From Amphiscolops sp. MND2022 (taxonomy: Eukaryota), in contig OZ076409.1 in assembly GCA_964187785.1 (NCBI GenBank), forward strand, positions 72,170,001-72,234,000: a stretch of DNA of 64,000 nucleotides. The letters are read 5' to 3'. A program made the translations under genes and the position numbers. Positions 1 through 14,100 of the stretch are shown in pieces (within the stretch, counting starts at the first letter, position 1; every line of letters starts with the position of its first letter). The notes under the pieces were generated by a model, which made no database searches, was not told the DNA's origin, and saw nothing but the letters and a program-made list of their open reading frames with translations.

Positions 1-1230
1 AATTTTTGACGGATGCAAAAAAAATTTAAACCCTCCAAAAAAGGGCAAAAATTACACGAAAAAATTGACCTTAAAATTTTAAAATGTCGAAAAATCATCA
101 AAACCACAGCTTCTTGGGGTTCTATCAACTCCACGTGGTCCACAGAGTTTGTTAAAACAAGTTTTACCCGTATTTGAGCAATATGTGAAAAAGCCGACTT
201 TTTTGGGAATGAAAAACATACCATTTCCTAAAAAATTTCAAACGCACCCCATTTGACGTATAAGAATAGCACAGAAAACTATCACATACCGATCGACTCT
301 ACTTCCATTGTAGGTTACCAGAATCTTGTTTAGAACAATTGTTGACGGATGCAAAAAAAAAATTAAACCCTCCAAAAATGGGCCAAAATTACACGAAAAA
401 ATTGACCTTAAATTTTTAAAATGTCAAAAAATCATCAAAACCACAGCTTCTTGGGGTTCTATCAACTCCACGTGGTCCACAGAGTATGCTAAAACAGGTT
501 TTACATGTTTCTGAGCTATATGTGAAAAAACCGACATTTTGGGGAAGAAAAACATACCATTTCTTAAAAAATTTCAAATGCACGCCATTTGCCGTATGAG
601 AATAGCACAGAAAACTATCACATACCGATCAACTCTACTTCTATTGTAGATTATCAGATTTTTGTTTAGAACAAATTTTTATGGATATAAAAAATTTTTA
701 AACCCTCCAAAAATGAGCCAAAATAACACGAAAAAATGGACCCTAAGTTTTTAAAATGTCAAAAAATTATCCAAACCACAGCTTCTTGGGGTTCTATCAG
801 CTCCACGTGGTCCACAGAGTATGCTAAAACAGGTTTTGCCCGTTTTTGAGCAGTATATGAAAAAGCCGACATTTTTGGGGAAGAAAAACATACCATTTCC
901 TAAATAATTTCAAATGCAGGCAATTTGCCGTATGAGAGTAGCACAGAAAACTATCACACACCGATCAACTCTACTTCTTTTGTAGATTATCAGAATTATG
1001 TTTAGAGTAAAGTTTTATGGATATGAAAAATTTTTATACCCTCCAAAAATGGGCCAAAATGACACGAAAAAATTGACCTCAAATTTTTAAAATGTCAAAA
1101 AATTATCCAAACCACAGCGTCTTGGCGTTCTATCAACTCCAAATGACCTTCAGAGTATACCAAACCACGTATTGCCAATCTTTTGAGCAATATTTAAAAA
1201 CACCGACTATTTGGCAAGAACACCATAATA
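1..1230 (+). repeat. ~336-bp tandem subrepeat (about 4 copies) inside a C unit
   Basis: The motif CCACAGC(T/G)TCTTGG(G/C)GTTCTATCA recurs at 104, 441, 776 and 1112. Confidence 0.92.
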
Positions 1231-1442
1231 TGTTCCATATAAGAAGTGAATCATTCCACATATATACCCGGTCTAATATTTCCAAATTAGCGATAACATT
1301 TATACATGATGGTTTTTGAAAGTGAGCTTCATAAGAGGTTGAGATGTAATAATACGTAAATGGACCCTAAGTTTCATTGAAATCTCAATGGAATACGTCC
1401 AATCAACTTCAATCCTAACTATTATATAACAAAAAACACTTG

Positions 1443-1483
1443 AGTACATTCCATCTCCCCATCGGGGGAGATGAGAATGTACT
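1443..1483. other. Type II long inverted repeat (representative copy)
   Basis: AGTACATTC-CATCTCCCC-atcg-GGGGAGATG-a-GAATGTACT. Other copies near 10171, 16077, 28128, 30070, 32409, 46448, 62280 and 63562. Confidence 0.9.
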
Positions 1484-2296
1484 TTTCAAAAGCCAAAAAC
1501 TTCGAATTTTAAATCTTTTGTAACATTGTATGTAACTGTTGAAACGATGAACGAATGAAAATGCTTCTAGTACCTTCATCAATTTTTGCTTCAGCTCCTA
1601 TTTCTGCAGAACAAAACCAAAAGACACACTTACAGCAGTTAAGTTCGATTGTATAACTCAGTGAGTAAAGGTATGACTGAGGAAGTTCACAAGTTGTTTC
1701 AAAAGTTTCCGGCCTTCCAAAATCATGAAACGTCCACACAACCAAGATAGCAAGTGAAAGAATGCTGAATGCACCTTATTAGATGAGATAAATAATGTGT
1801 GGAACTTGCCATTATCTCAAGATGACGTTGATTTATGATCTTTTAAGGATAGTTCGATATGTGACCACAATAGTGGAAAACTTATTACTATTTGAAGAAC
1901 ACCGTGGAAAGCGTTCAGAAAGGACAGTATATTTGTTTCGAGCATGCATGCGTGTGTTCCTTTGGTGACGTTAGCTTAGTGTACATGACGGAGGTATTCG
2001 AGAGATTATGATAGAGTTTACTCACAAGTCTTTGTTTTTTTAAACTTTCTATGCCGTTGAGTACATTCGTAAGGTACATCCATCCCCTTCTCTGGGAATG
2101 TACGTTTGCCAAATGACTGTCATCCAAAATTCGTAATCCGGACGAGTTTAACTACATAAACATGTAATGAGCGTTTTCAATTCACAACCGAATAACATTT
2201 TTTTTCTCGAAAATGATGATGGTTTTGATTTTGATGTCTTCTACTTTTATCATCATGCAAACGACCTTACCATGTCTCTCTTCTGTCGTCATTTGT

Positions 2297-2465
2297 ACAA
2301 CGCCACATAGCGTTCCGACGCCCACCGTCTGTGGGCATGCCGAGGCATGCCCTTCGACGACGTATGCCAAATGAGCCATACCCGCACTCTGGAGTGCGGT
2401 AGCGGCTAGGTGGGCGGGGGTAATTCCCCAACAAAAAAATCGGCCGGCGGGTTGGGTCCTGCCGG
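2297..2465 (+). other. Conserved junction module: terminal arm, GCTAGGTG, head stem-loops (representative copy)
   Basis: ACAACGCC..., palindrome 2333-2352, TTCGACGACG, hairpin CCGCACTC-tg-GAGTGCGG, GCTAGGTG 2405-2412, GGGG-taatt-CCCC, CCGGCGGG-ttgggt-CCTGCCGG 2444-2465. Confidence 0.92.
2333..2352. promoter_or_regulatory. 20-bp palindrome GGGCATGCCGAGGCATGCCC, probable protein-binding site (29 copies)
   Basis: Present before every junction except 31431. It matches the p53-family consensus RRRCWWGYYY x2 at 19 of 20 positions. Function is inferred. Confidence 0.5.
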
Positions 2466-5400
2466 ACGTCAAATAGTGTGAAACATCCAGTAGGAAACGG
2501 CGACATTTATCAGCGATTTTAAAATTGAACCGTTAGAATTCGGACTTGGAGTGCATGCGGCCCCAAAATGCCCATACGAATCGAAGTTCCTGCTGACGTT
2601 AAGCGATAAAAACACTTTATAAAAAGTTATGGCCCATTTTACGTTCACTTAGAGAGGTAAAATGAGGAAAATTTTAACAAAGTTGCTGATAACTCAAAAT
2701 ACATTAATTTTTGGACTTTGACTGTGAAACAAGCTTGGAACCTTCATTTCGTGGCTGTGGCAATGCACTGAACACAAAAGATGTAAAGTTTTCACATTTT
2801 TTGAAAATTCGACATTTTTGAATTTTTTTCACTACTATCAGTACACTATATGTCAAAAACACCTCAGAAAAAAATTTTTATTTGCTTAAATTTAGAAACC
2901 TCGGTATCCATGGTTTCCGTCAGTACCTACTCGCAGCCAAACACTCAACAAATTGCATCCAATGTGAAAATAAAATTTTTTTCGGGGTCATAAGCGTTTC
3001 ACAAGGATTTCTCAACTTAGTATTAATTTACAAAATGGTCATTTTGAACACAATATTTTCATCGAGGCTTGTCGGCTATAGCCTTAATGTTCTAGAACGG
3101 TCCCACTGGCAACGTAGGAACCATTTATAGTAATAGAAAGTTTTAAAAAAATTTTTTCATCCGGTCTTCAGTCATTTTTCAGTCATTCGGAACTTAACTT
3201 AGAAAAATTTCGACCAAAATACCCATTTTTTGTCAGGTCGAAAATTCAAATTCAGATTTTTAAGCAAAATTATTAACTCTGACGTAACCCATGGGGCCCA
3301 TGATACTCAAAACAACAATTGACACTGGTATCAATGGCTCCAATAACATATGAGTCGCGATAAGACGTTATTTTGAGCAATACGTCTCAATTGAGGTAAA
3401 GATCTCGCAAGCCAGCGATCACTGTGAAATGTGATTTCATCAAAAATTTACTCATTTTTGTCAATCACTATGTGCACAGAATGCGTAGGGTGCGTTTCAG
3501 CACTATAATGAGGTATTTGAAAGCATCGAGTTGCTCAAGGGGTGGTATGAGACCTTTTTGTCCCATATACTTCTGTATTTTCCAAAATTTTTAGCCCAAT
3601 ATCTGGAAATACAAACATGACAAAATACTTTCAACTACTTTATTCAAAGGTTACAATATAGATGAACACTGTGGTTGATCAGAAACTTTCATCTCTTTCG
3701 TTTTCCGAAATATTTCCCTTCGCATGTGTTACATTTATAGCAGAAAAAAAATCGATACAGAAAAATACGCTATTTTGCTAATATAGAATCGCAATGATTG
3801 TGCCTAAAAACTCTTTAAACACTTCTAACGCGACCTTACGCACCCAAAAAGATCGAAAAGGCTATTCACAATGGTGACTTGTGCTCTTTCAACGATCCTG
3901 ACTGAACAATTTTCGCAAATTATTCAAGTACCTGTTAACTGAATCTCGTGATAGCCTTTTAAGTTGGCCTTGTGTCAACTTGGGAAGGCTATCACATCAA
4001 AAAATTTTCAACAAAAATACTTTTTGTTTATTGAAAATGACAGTCGATATATAATTTCGTGATTCTATGCTACCGTTAGTACCTTCCATTAAGTCACCTG
4101 ACGATTGCATTCAGTCTTTGATAAATACCTATGAACTCGAAGTCATATTTATAAATTTTTTGCTAAAAATAAACATCAAAATTATCCAAATTTATTAAAA
4201 TTGAGTCTTTATTGTTTTTGTTTTTCTTTTTCTACTGTTATTAGGCCCATCAACTTCCTACAGCCACGCTCTCTGTCATACTGTACAACGCCACATAGTG
4301 TTGCGACGTGCACGGTCTGTGGGCATGCCGAGGCATGCCCTTCGACGACGTATGCCGAATACCGCGGGCCTACGCCCGCGCTCCCCGGCTAGGTGGGCGG
4401 GGGTAATTCCCCAACAAAAATTACGGCCGGCGGGTTGGGTCCTGCCGGACGTTCAAATAGCGCGAAGCATCTAGTAGAAAACAAGGAGTCCCGAAACAGC
4501 GATTTTAAAATTGAACCGTTAGAATTTGGTTTTAGATTGCATGCGGCCCTAAAATCCCCATACGAATGGAAGTTCCTGCTGGCGTTAAGCGATTGAAATA
4601 ATATATAAAAAGTTATGGCCCATTTTTGGGTCACCGAGAAGGTCAAAATGAAGAAAATTTTAACTAAGTTGCTGATAACTCAAAATGTGTTAATTTTTGG
4701 ACTTTGACTGTGAAACAAGCTTGGAACCTTCATTTCTTGGCTGTGGCATTGCACTGAACACAAAAGATGTAAAGTTTTCACATTTTTTGAAAATTCGACA
4801 TTTTTGAATTTTTTTTCACTACTATCAGTACACTATATGTCAAAAACACCTCTGAAAAATTTTTTTATTTGCTTAAATTTAGAAACCTCGGTATCCATGG
4901 TTTCCGTCAGTACCTACTCGCTCCCAAACACTCAACAGTTTGCATCCAATGTGAAAATAAAATTTTTTTCGAGGTCTTAGGTGTTTCACAAGGATTTCTC
5001 AACTTAGTATCAATTTACAAATTGGTCATTTTGAACACATTATTTTCATCGAAGCGTGTCATATACCGCCCTAATGCTCACGAACGGGCCTACTGGCAAC
5101 GTTGGAACAATTTATCGTAATAGAAAGTTAAAAAAATTTTTTCACCCGGTCTTCAGTCATTTTTCACACATTCGGAACTTAACTTAGAAAAATTTCAACC
5201 GAAAAACCCATTTTTTGTCAGGTCGAAAATTCAAAGTCAGCTTTTTAAGCAAAATTATCAACTCTGACGTAACCAGTGGGGCCCATGATACTCAAAACAA
5301 CGATTGGGGTTGGTACCAATGGCTCCAATAACATATGAGTCGCGATAAAGCGTTATTTTGAGCAATATGTCTCAATTGAGGTAAAGATCTCGCAAGCCAG

Positions 5401-6381
5401 CGATCACTGTGAAATGTGATTTCATCAAAAATTTACTCTTTTTTGTCAATCACTATGTGCACAGAATGCGTAGGGTGCGTTTCAGCACTATAATGAGGTT
5501 TTTGAAGGCATCGAGTTGCTCAAGGGGTGGTATGAGACATTTTTGTCCCATATACTACTGTAGTTTCCAAAATTTTTACCCCAATATCTGGAAATACAAA
5601 CTTGACAAAATACTTTCAAGTACTTTATTCAAAGGTTACAATATAGATGAACACTGTGGTTGATAAGAAACTTTCATCTCTTTCGTTTTCGGAAATATTT
5701 CCGTTCGCATGTGTTACATTCATAGCAGAAAAAAAAATCGAAACTGAAAAATACGCTATTTTGCTGATATAGAATCGCAATGATTGTGCCTGAAAACTCT
5801 TTAAACACTTCTAACGCAACCTTACGCACCCAAAATGATCGAAAATGCTATTCACAATGGTGACATGTGCTCTTTCTACGATCCTGGCTGGACAAGGTTT
5901 GCATATTTTTCAAGTACCTGTCAGCTAAATCTTGTGATAGCCTTTTCAGTTGGCCTTGTGTCAACTTGGGAAGGCTATCACATCAAAAAACCATCAACAA
6001 AAATAATTTTTGTTTATTGGATCTTACAGTCGATACTTTTTTTTGGGATTCTATACTACCGTTAGTATATTTCATCAGGTCACATTACGATTGCATTCAG
6101 TCTTTGATAAAAACCTATGAACTCAAAGTCACATTTATATATTTTTTTTGCCAGAAAATAACATCAAAAATATCTAAAATATATAAAATAGAGTCTTTAA
6201 CATTTTTACGTTTCAAGTTTTTGCCGTTATTAGGCCAATCAACGTCCTAGAGCCACATCCTGCCACATACTGTACAACGCCACATAGTGTTGCGACGTGC
6301 ACAGTCTGTGGGCATGCCGAGGCATGCCCTTCGACGACGTATGCCGAATACCGCGGGCCTACGCCCGCGCTCCCCGGCTAG
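2410..6381 (+). repeat. Two family A units (2410-4392, 4393-6381)
   Basis: Collinear ~1.99-kb AT-rich units between junctions 2405, 4388 and 6377. Confidence 0.93.
3948..3995. other. Type I long inverted repeat (representative; one per A or B unit)
   Basis: GTGATAGCCTT-tt-AAGTTG-gccttgtgt-CAACTT-ggg-AAGGCTATCAC, about 440-460 bp upstream of the junction in the A and B units. Confidence 0.9.
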
Positions 6382-9300
6382 GTGGGCGGGGGTAATTCCC
6401 CAACTAAAAATTCGGCCGGCGGGTCGGGTCCTGCCGGCCGTCCAAAATCAAAATCCTACTAGTAGAAAACGGCATGTCAAACGAGCTATTTTTTTATTTA
6501 ACCGTTAGAATTTGGGTTTAGATTGCATGCGGCCATGAAATGGCCATACGAATTGAAGTTCCTGCTGACGTTTTGCGATTGAAACACTTTATAAAAAGTT
6601 ATGGCCAATTTGTCAGTCACCTAGAAGGGCAAAATGAGGAAAATTTTAACAAAGTCGCTGATATCTCAAAATGTGTTAATTTTTGGACTTTGACTGTGAA
6701 ACAAGCTTGGAACCTTCATTTCGTGGCTGTGGCATTGCACTGAACACAAAAGCTGTAAAGTTTTCACATTTTTTGAAAATTCGACATTTTTGAAATTTCT
6801 TTCACTACCATCAGTACCCCATATGTCAAAAACACCTCAGAAAAAAATTTTTATTTGCTTTAAATTGGAAACCTTGGTATCCATGGTTTCTGTCGGAACC
6901 TACTCGCAGCCAAACACCCAACAGTTTGCATCCAATGTGAAATAAAAAATTTTTTCGAGGTCATAAGCGTTTCACAAGGTTTTCATGATTTAGTATTAAA
7001 TTACATAGTGGTCATTTTAAACATAAAATTTTGGTCCAGGCATGTCGGATATAGTCTGAATGCTCACGAACGGTCCTACTGGCAACGTATGAACCATTTA
7101 TAGTAATAAAAAGTATTAAAAAAATTTTTTCACCCGGTCTTCAGTCATTTTTCAGACATTCGGAACTTAACTTAGAAAATTTTCGAACCAAATACCCATT
7201 TTTTGTCAGGTCGAAAATTGAAATTCAGCTAATAAAGCAAAATTTTTTACTCTGACGTAACCAGTGGGGTCCATGATACTCAAAAATACGATTGGGACTG
7301 GTACCAATGGCTCCTATATCATATGAGCCGCGATAAGATGTTATTTCGAGCAATACGTCTCAATTGAGGTAAACATCTCGCAAGCCTGGGATCACAGTGA
7401 ATTGTAATTTTATCAAAATTTTACTCATTTTTGTCAATCACTATGTGCACAGAGTGCGTAGGGGGAGTTGTAGCACTATAATGAGGTTTTTGAAGGCATC
7501 GGGTTGCTCAAGGGGTGGTATGAGACATTTTTTTCCTATATACTACTGTATTTTCCAAAACTTTTAGCCCATTATCTGCAAAAACTAACTTGACAAAATA
7601 CTTTGAGTTACTCTACTCAAAGCTTAGAACATAGATGAACACTGTGGTTGATCAGAAACTATTTACTATTTTGTTTTTAGAAAAAACTGCCTTGCATGTG
7701 TTACACTAGTGGCAGGAAAAATACCAGTAGCTCCAAAAATCACAAATTTGGACGGACAGACTTGCAATGATGCAAAGCAAAAACGTTTCAACAACTTCTG
7801 ACGCCACTTCTTTTACCCAAGAGGTTCGAAAACGCCATTAACAAGGCTGACATTCGCAATAAATAAGATCGAGGTCCATTTACTAACACTTAGGTTTCAA
7901 ATTTGTTTCTGAGAAACCCATTTTTGTCAGGTCGCAATTTCAAATTTAATTTGGGAAGCAAAATTTTTCACTCTGAAGCAAACCGCTGGGCCCAAATTAC
8001 TCAAAAACAACAAAAAGACTATCACCATATGCTCTAATAACATATGAGATGCGACAGTATGCTTTTAACACAAAAACTCTCATCCGAAGTAAACATGTTG
8101 AAAGCCTTGAATCACCGTGAGAAGTGATTTCATCAAAAAATATTTCTTTTTCGTCAATCACTATATACACAAAACCCGTTGTGTTAGTTTCAGCCGTGAA
8201 ATGAGGTTCTACCGTAATATGGGTTGCTCAAGGTGTTGTATAAGAGAAAATCGTCCTCTTTTCTACTAACTTCTTCAAATATTTCGACCCTTTGTCACAC
8301 GAAGTTAAAATTCAAAATCTCTTTGAATTGTTTCTTTAGGTTGGGATGAAGTGGTAGAACAATAACTTTGATCCAAGAATGCTAGTATTGGTGTTTGGAC
8401 CATGTTTGGATGAACAAATCGCAAAATCATGAAAAATTTGTTTCTTTTTTTGGTTATTTTGGCAGTACTAAAAATGTTAGCTGACAAATAATTTTTTCGA
8501 TAGCACCATTGGATTCCGCTCAAAAAGTTGGTTATATGACATGTGTAATAACGCCGTATCTTTTCAATTTAAATATATTTAAAAAGCCAACTTTTTTGAC
8601 CAAAATCCTAAAAATCATACCATTTCCTAAAAAATTTCAAATGCACCCCATTTGACGTATAACAATAGCACAGAAAACTATCATATACCGATCAACTCTA
8701 CTCTCATTGTGGATTATTAGCATTTTGTTTTGAACGAATTTTGATGGATATTAAAAAATTTTGAACCCTCCAAATATGGGCCAAAATTACACGAAAAAAT
8801 TGACCTTAAAATTTTAAAATGTCAAAAAATCATCAAAACTACAGCTTCTTGGGGTTCTATCAACTCCACGTGGTCCACAGAGTACGCTAAAACAGGTTTT
8901 ACCCGTTTTTGAGCAATATGTGAAAAAGCCGACATTTTTGGGAAAGAAAAACATCCCATTTCCTAAAAAAATTCAATTGCACGCCATTTGCCGTATGAGA
9001 ATAGCACGGAAAACTATCACATACCGATCAACTCTACTTTTATTGTAGATGATTAAAAATTAGTTTAAAACAAATTTTGACGGATATTAAAAAATTTTAA
9101 ACCCTTAAAAAATGGGCCAAAATTACACAAAAAAATTGACCTTAAAATTTTAAAATGTCACAAAATCATCAAAACCACAGCTTCTTGGGGTTCTATCAAC
9201 TCCACGTGGTCCACAGAGTACGCTAAAACAGGTTTTACCCGTTTTTGAGCAATATGTGAAAAAGCCGACATTTTTGGGGAAGAAAAAATAGGCATTTCCT

Positions 9301-11130
9301 AAAAAAATCAAATGCACGCCATTTGCCGTATAAGAATAGCACAGAAAACTATCATATACCGATCAACTCTACTCCCATTGTAGATTATTAGAATTTTATT
9401 TTGAATGATTTTTGATGGTTATTAAAAAATTTTGAGCCCCCCAAAAGCGGGCCAAAATTACACGAAAAAATTGACCTTAAAATTTTAAAATGTCAAATAA
9501 TCATCGAAACCACAGCTTCTTGGGGTTCTATCCACTCCACATGGCCCACAGAGTATGCCAAACCAGGTTTTGCGCGTTTTTGAGCAATATTTGAGAAAGC
9601 CGAGTTTTTTGGGGAAGAAAAACATAACATTTCCTAATAAAATTCAAATGCACGCCATTTGGCGTATGACAATAGCACAGAAAACTATCACATACTAATC
9701 AACTCTACTCTCTTTGTAGATCACCAGAGTTTTGCTTAGAATAAATTTTGATGAATATTTGTAAATTTTAAACCCTCCTAATATGGGCCAAAATCACACG
9801 GAAAAATTGACCGTAAGGTATTAAAATGTCAGAAATTCATCAAAACCACAGCTTCTTGGGGTTCTATCATTTCTATATGACTTTCAGAGTATACCAAACA
9901 AGGTATTAACATTGGGCGATAATTAAAAACACCAATTTTATTTTAGAAGAAAACCATAATAAGTTCAATATAAGAAGTGAATCATTCCATATATATACCC
10001 TGTCTTATATTTTAAATTAGCGATAATATATATACTTGATGTTTTTTGAAAGTGAGCTTCATAAGTGGTTGAGATGTGATAATACGTAAATGGATTCCAA
10101 GTTTCATCGAAATGTCAATGGAATACGTCCAATCAACTTCAATCTTAACAATTAGATAACAAAAAACCTAAGTACATTCCATCTCCCCATCGGGGAGATG
10201 AGAATGTACTTTTCAAAAACCAAAAACTTAGATGTTTTTTTTTGTAACACTTACTGTAACTGCTGAAATGATGAAAGAATAATTATGCTTCTAATAACTC
10301 CATGATTTTTTGCTTCAGCATTTTTTTTGCAGAACAAAACCATCAGACATATTTTTCGCAGTTAAGTTCGATCGTATTACCCAGTGAACAAAGGTATGGA
10401 AGGATGTTTACAAGTTGTTTCAAAACTTTCCCGCCTTCCAAAATAATGAAACGTCTACACAACCAAGATAGCAAATGAATGAATGCGGAATGCATCTTAT
10501 TAGATAAGATAAATAACGTGTAGAACTTACCTTTATCTGAAGTTGACGTTGATTTATGATCTTTAGAGGATAGTTTGATTTTTGACCATAATAGTGGGAA
10601 ACTAATTATTATATGAATGATGGCGTGGAAAGCGTTCAGAAATTGTAGTATTTTGGATTCGAGCATGTATGCGTGGGTTCCTTTGGTGGCGTTAGCTTAG
10701 TGTACATGATGGAAGTTTTCGATCTGTTATGATTAATTTTACTCACGAGTCTTTGTTTTTCCTATTTTTTTGCCATTAAGTACATTCATTCTATCCCCTT
10801 TTCTGAGAATGTACGTTTGTCAAATGACTGTCATCCAAATTTTGCATTCCCGAAGAGTTTAAATACATAACACGTGTTTAGCGTTTCCAAATCACAACCG
10901 AGTAACATTCTATTTTTTTTTCTCAAAATTGATAATGGTTTTGATTTTGGTGTCTTCTACTTTCATCATCCATCATAACAACCACCTTACCATGTCTCTC
11001 GCTTGTCTTCATTTTACAACGCCACATAGTGTAGCGACGCCCACAGTCTGTGGGCATGCCGAGGCATGCCCTTCGACGACGTATGCCAAATTTAGCGTTA
11101 GCCCGCGGTCACTACCGCGGTAGCAGCTAG
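6382..11130 (+). repeat. Family C unit (4749 bp)
   Basis: A-like head, diverged internal duplication, four 336-bp subrepeats (~8610-9950), type II hairpin 10171-10210, terminal arm. Confidence 0.92.
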
Positions 11131-14100
11131 GTGGGCGGGGGTAATTCCCCAACAAAAATTACGGCCGGCGGGTTGGGTCCTGCCGGACGTTCAAATAGCG
11201 CGAAGCATCTAGTAGAAAACAAGGAGTCCTGAAACAGCGATTTTAAAATTGAACCGTTAGAATTTGGTTTTAGATTGCATGCGGCCCTAAAATCCCCATA
11301 CGAATGGAAGTTCCTGCTGGCGTTAAGCGATTGAAATAATATATAAAAAGTTATGGCCCATTTTTGGGTCACCGAGAAGGTCAAAATGAAGAAAATTTTA
11401 ACTAAGTTGCTGATAACTCAAAATGTGTTAATTTTTGGACTTTGACTGTGAAACAAGCTTGGAACCTTCATTTCGTGGCTGTGGCATTGCACTGAACACA
11501 AAAGATGTAAAGTTTTCACATTTTTTGAAAATTCGACATTTTTGAATTTTTTTTCACTACTATCAGTACACTATATGTCAAAAATACCTCTGAAAAATTT
11601 TTTTATTTGCTTAAATTTAGAAACCTCGGTATCCATGGTTTCCGTCAGTACCTACTCGCTGCCAAACACTCAACAGTTTGCATCCAATGTGAAAATAAAA
11701 TTTTTTTCGAGGTCTTAGGTGTTTCACAAGGATTTCTCAACTTAGTATCAATTTACAAATTGGTCATTTTGAACACATTATTTTCATCGAAGCGTGTCAT
11801 ATACCGCGCTAATGCTCACGAACGGGCCTACTGGCAACGTTGGGACCATTTATAGTAATAAAAAGTTTTAAAAAAATTTTTTCACCCCGTCTTCAGTCAT
11901 TTTACACACTTTCGGAACTTAACTTAGAAAAATTTCGACCAAAATATCCATTTTTTGTCAGGTCGAAAAATCAAATTCAGATTTTTAAGCAAAATTATTA
12001 ACTCTGACGTAACCCATGGGGCCCATGATACTCAAACCAACGATTGACACTGGTATCAATGGCTCCAATAACATATGAGTCGCGAAAAGACGTTATTTTG
12101 AGCATTACGTCTCAATTGAGGTAAAGATCTTGCAAGCCAGCGATCACTGTGAAATGTAATTTCATCAAAAATTTACTCTTTTTTGTCAATCACTATGTGC
12201 ACAGAATGCGTAGGGTGCGTTTCAGCACTATAATGAGGTTTTTGAAGGCATCGAGTTGCTCAAGGGGTGGTATGAGACACTTTTGTCCCATATACTACTG
12301 TATTTTCCAAAATTTTTAGCCCAATATCTGGAAATACAAACTTGACAAAATACTTTCAACTACTTTATTCAAAGGTTACAATATAGATGAACACTGTGGT
12401 TGATCAGAAACTTTCATCTCTTTCGTTTTCCGAAATATTTCCCTTCGCATGTGTTACATTCGTAGCAGAAAAAAAAATCGAAACTGAAAAATACGCAATT
12501 TTGCTAATATAGAATCGCAATGATTGTGCCTAAAAACTCTTTAAACACTTCTAACGCAACCTTACGCACCCAAAATGATCGAAAATGCTATTCACAATGG
12601 TGACATGTGCTCTTTCTACGATCCTGGCTGGACAAGGTTTGCATATTTTTCAAGTACCTGTCAGCTAAATCTTGTGATAGCCTTTTCAGTTGGCCTTGTG
12701 TCAACTTGGGAAGGCTATCACATCAAAAAACCATCAACAAAAATAATTTTTGTTTATTGGATCTTACAGTCGATACTTTCTTTCGTGATTTTATACTACC
12801 GTTAGTATATTTCATCAGGTCACCTTACGATTGCATTCAGTCTTTGATAAAAACCTATGAACTCAAAGTCACATTTATATATTTTTTTGCCAGAAAAAAA
12901 CCTCAGAAATATCTAAAATATATAAAATAGAGTCTTTAACATTTTTACGTTTCAAGTTTTTGCCGTTCTTAGGCCAATCAACGTCCTAGAGCCACATCCA
13001 GTCATACTGTACAACGCCACATAGTGTTGCGACGTGCAGAGTCTGTGGGCATGCCGAGGCATGCCCTTCGACGACGTATGCCGAATACCGCGGGCCTACG
13101 CCCGCGCTCCCCGGCTAGGTGGGCGGGGGTAATTCCCCAACAAAAATTACGGCCGGCGGGTTGGGTCCTGCCGGACGTCAAATAGCAAAGAATATCTAGT
13201 AGGAAACGGCGACACAGAATCGCGATTTTTAAATCTAACCACAATTTTTTGGACTTGGAGTGCATGCGGCCCTGAAATGCCCATACGAATCGAAGTTCCT
13301 GCTGACATTAAGCGATTGAAATAATATATAAAAAGTTATGGCCCATTTTTCACTCACAAAGAAGGGTAAAATGAGGAAATTTTTAACAAAGTCGCTGATA
13401 ACTCAAAATGTGTTAATTTTTGGACATTGACTGTGAAACAAGCTCGGAACCTTCATTTCGTGGCTGTGGCATTGCACTGAACACAAAAGATGTAAAGTTT
13501 TTACATTTTTTGAAAATTCGAAACTTTTGAAATTTTTTTCACTACTATCAGTACCCCATATGTCAAAAACGCCTCAGAAAAAATTTTTTATTTGCTTTAA
13601 ATTGGAAACCTTGGTATCCATGGTTTCTGTCGGATCCTACTCGCAGTCAAACACCCAACAGTTTGCATCCAATGTGGAAATAAAAATTTTTTCGGGGTCA
13701 TAAGCGTTTCACAAGGATTTCTCAACTTAGTTTCAATTTACAAATTGGTCACATTGAACACATTATTTTCATCGAAGCGCGTCAGATACCGCCCTAAAGC
13801 TCACGAACGGTCCTACTGGCAACGTAGCAACCATTTATAGTAATATAAAAGATTAAAAAAATTTTTTCACCCGGTCTTCAGTCATTTTTCAGTCATTCGG
13901 AACTTAACTTAGAAAAATTTCGACCAAAATACCCATTTTTTGTCAGGTCGAAAAATCAAATTCAGATTTTTAGGCAAAATTATTAACTCTGACGTAACTC
14001 ATGGGGCCCATGATACTCAAAACAACGATTGACACTGGTATCAATGGCTCCAATAACATATGAGTCGCGATCGGACGTTATTTTGAGCAATACGTCTCAA

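Larger units (their letters stand above)
1..2409 (+). repeat. Family C unit, 5'-truncated by the window edge
   Basis: Near-identical to 26686-29094 (offset 26685). Contains the 336-bp subrepeats, the type II hairpin and the terminal arm. Confidence 0.93.

Noticed and set aside
2449..2458. Kinetoplast minicircle CSB-3 or telomeric repeat (GGGTTGGGT/GGGTAGGGT)
   Set aside because: Only a partial resemblance to GGGGTTGGTGTA; single copy per unit, not tandem, and better explained as a hairpin loop.
2333..2465. Canonical CRESS-DNA virus origin
   Set aside because: No NANTATTAC-type nonanucleotide in any conserved hairpin loop, and no Rep or capsid ORF.
2297..2620. Hammerhead or HDV ribozyme (retrozyme-like array)
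   Set aside because: I could not see a conserved CTGANGA...GAAA core or an HDV pseudoknot. An Infernal/Rfam scan is needed to exclude other ribozymes.
3948..3995. Bacterial integron attC sites or intrinsic terminators
   Set aside because: The long hairpins are not at the crossover points, lack RYYYAAC/GTTRRRY ends, and follow no genes. The integron comparison is only an analogy.
2410..4392. TIR (MITE) or LTR element structure
   Set aside because: Unit ends are neither inverted nor long direct repeats of each other, and there are no variable target-site duplications or poly(A) tails.
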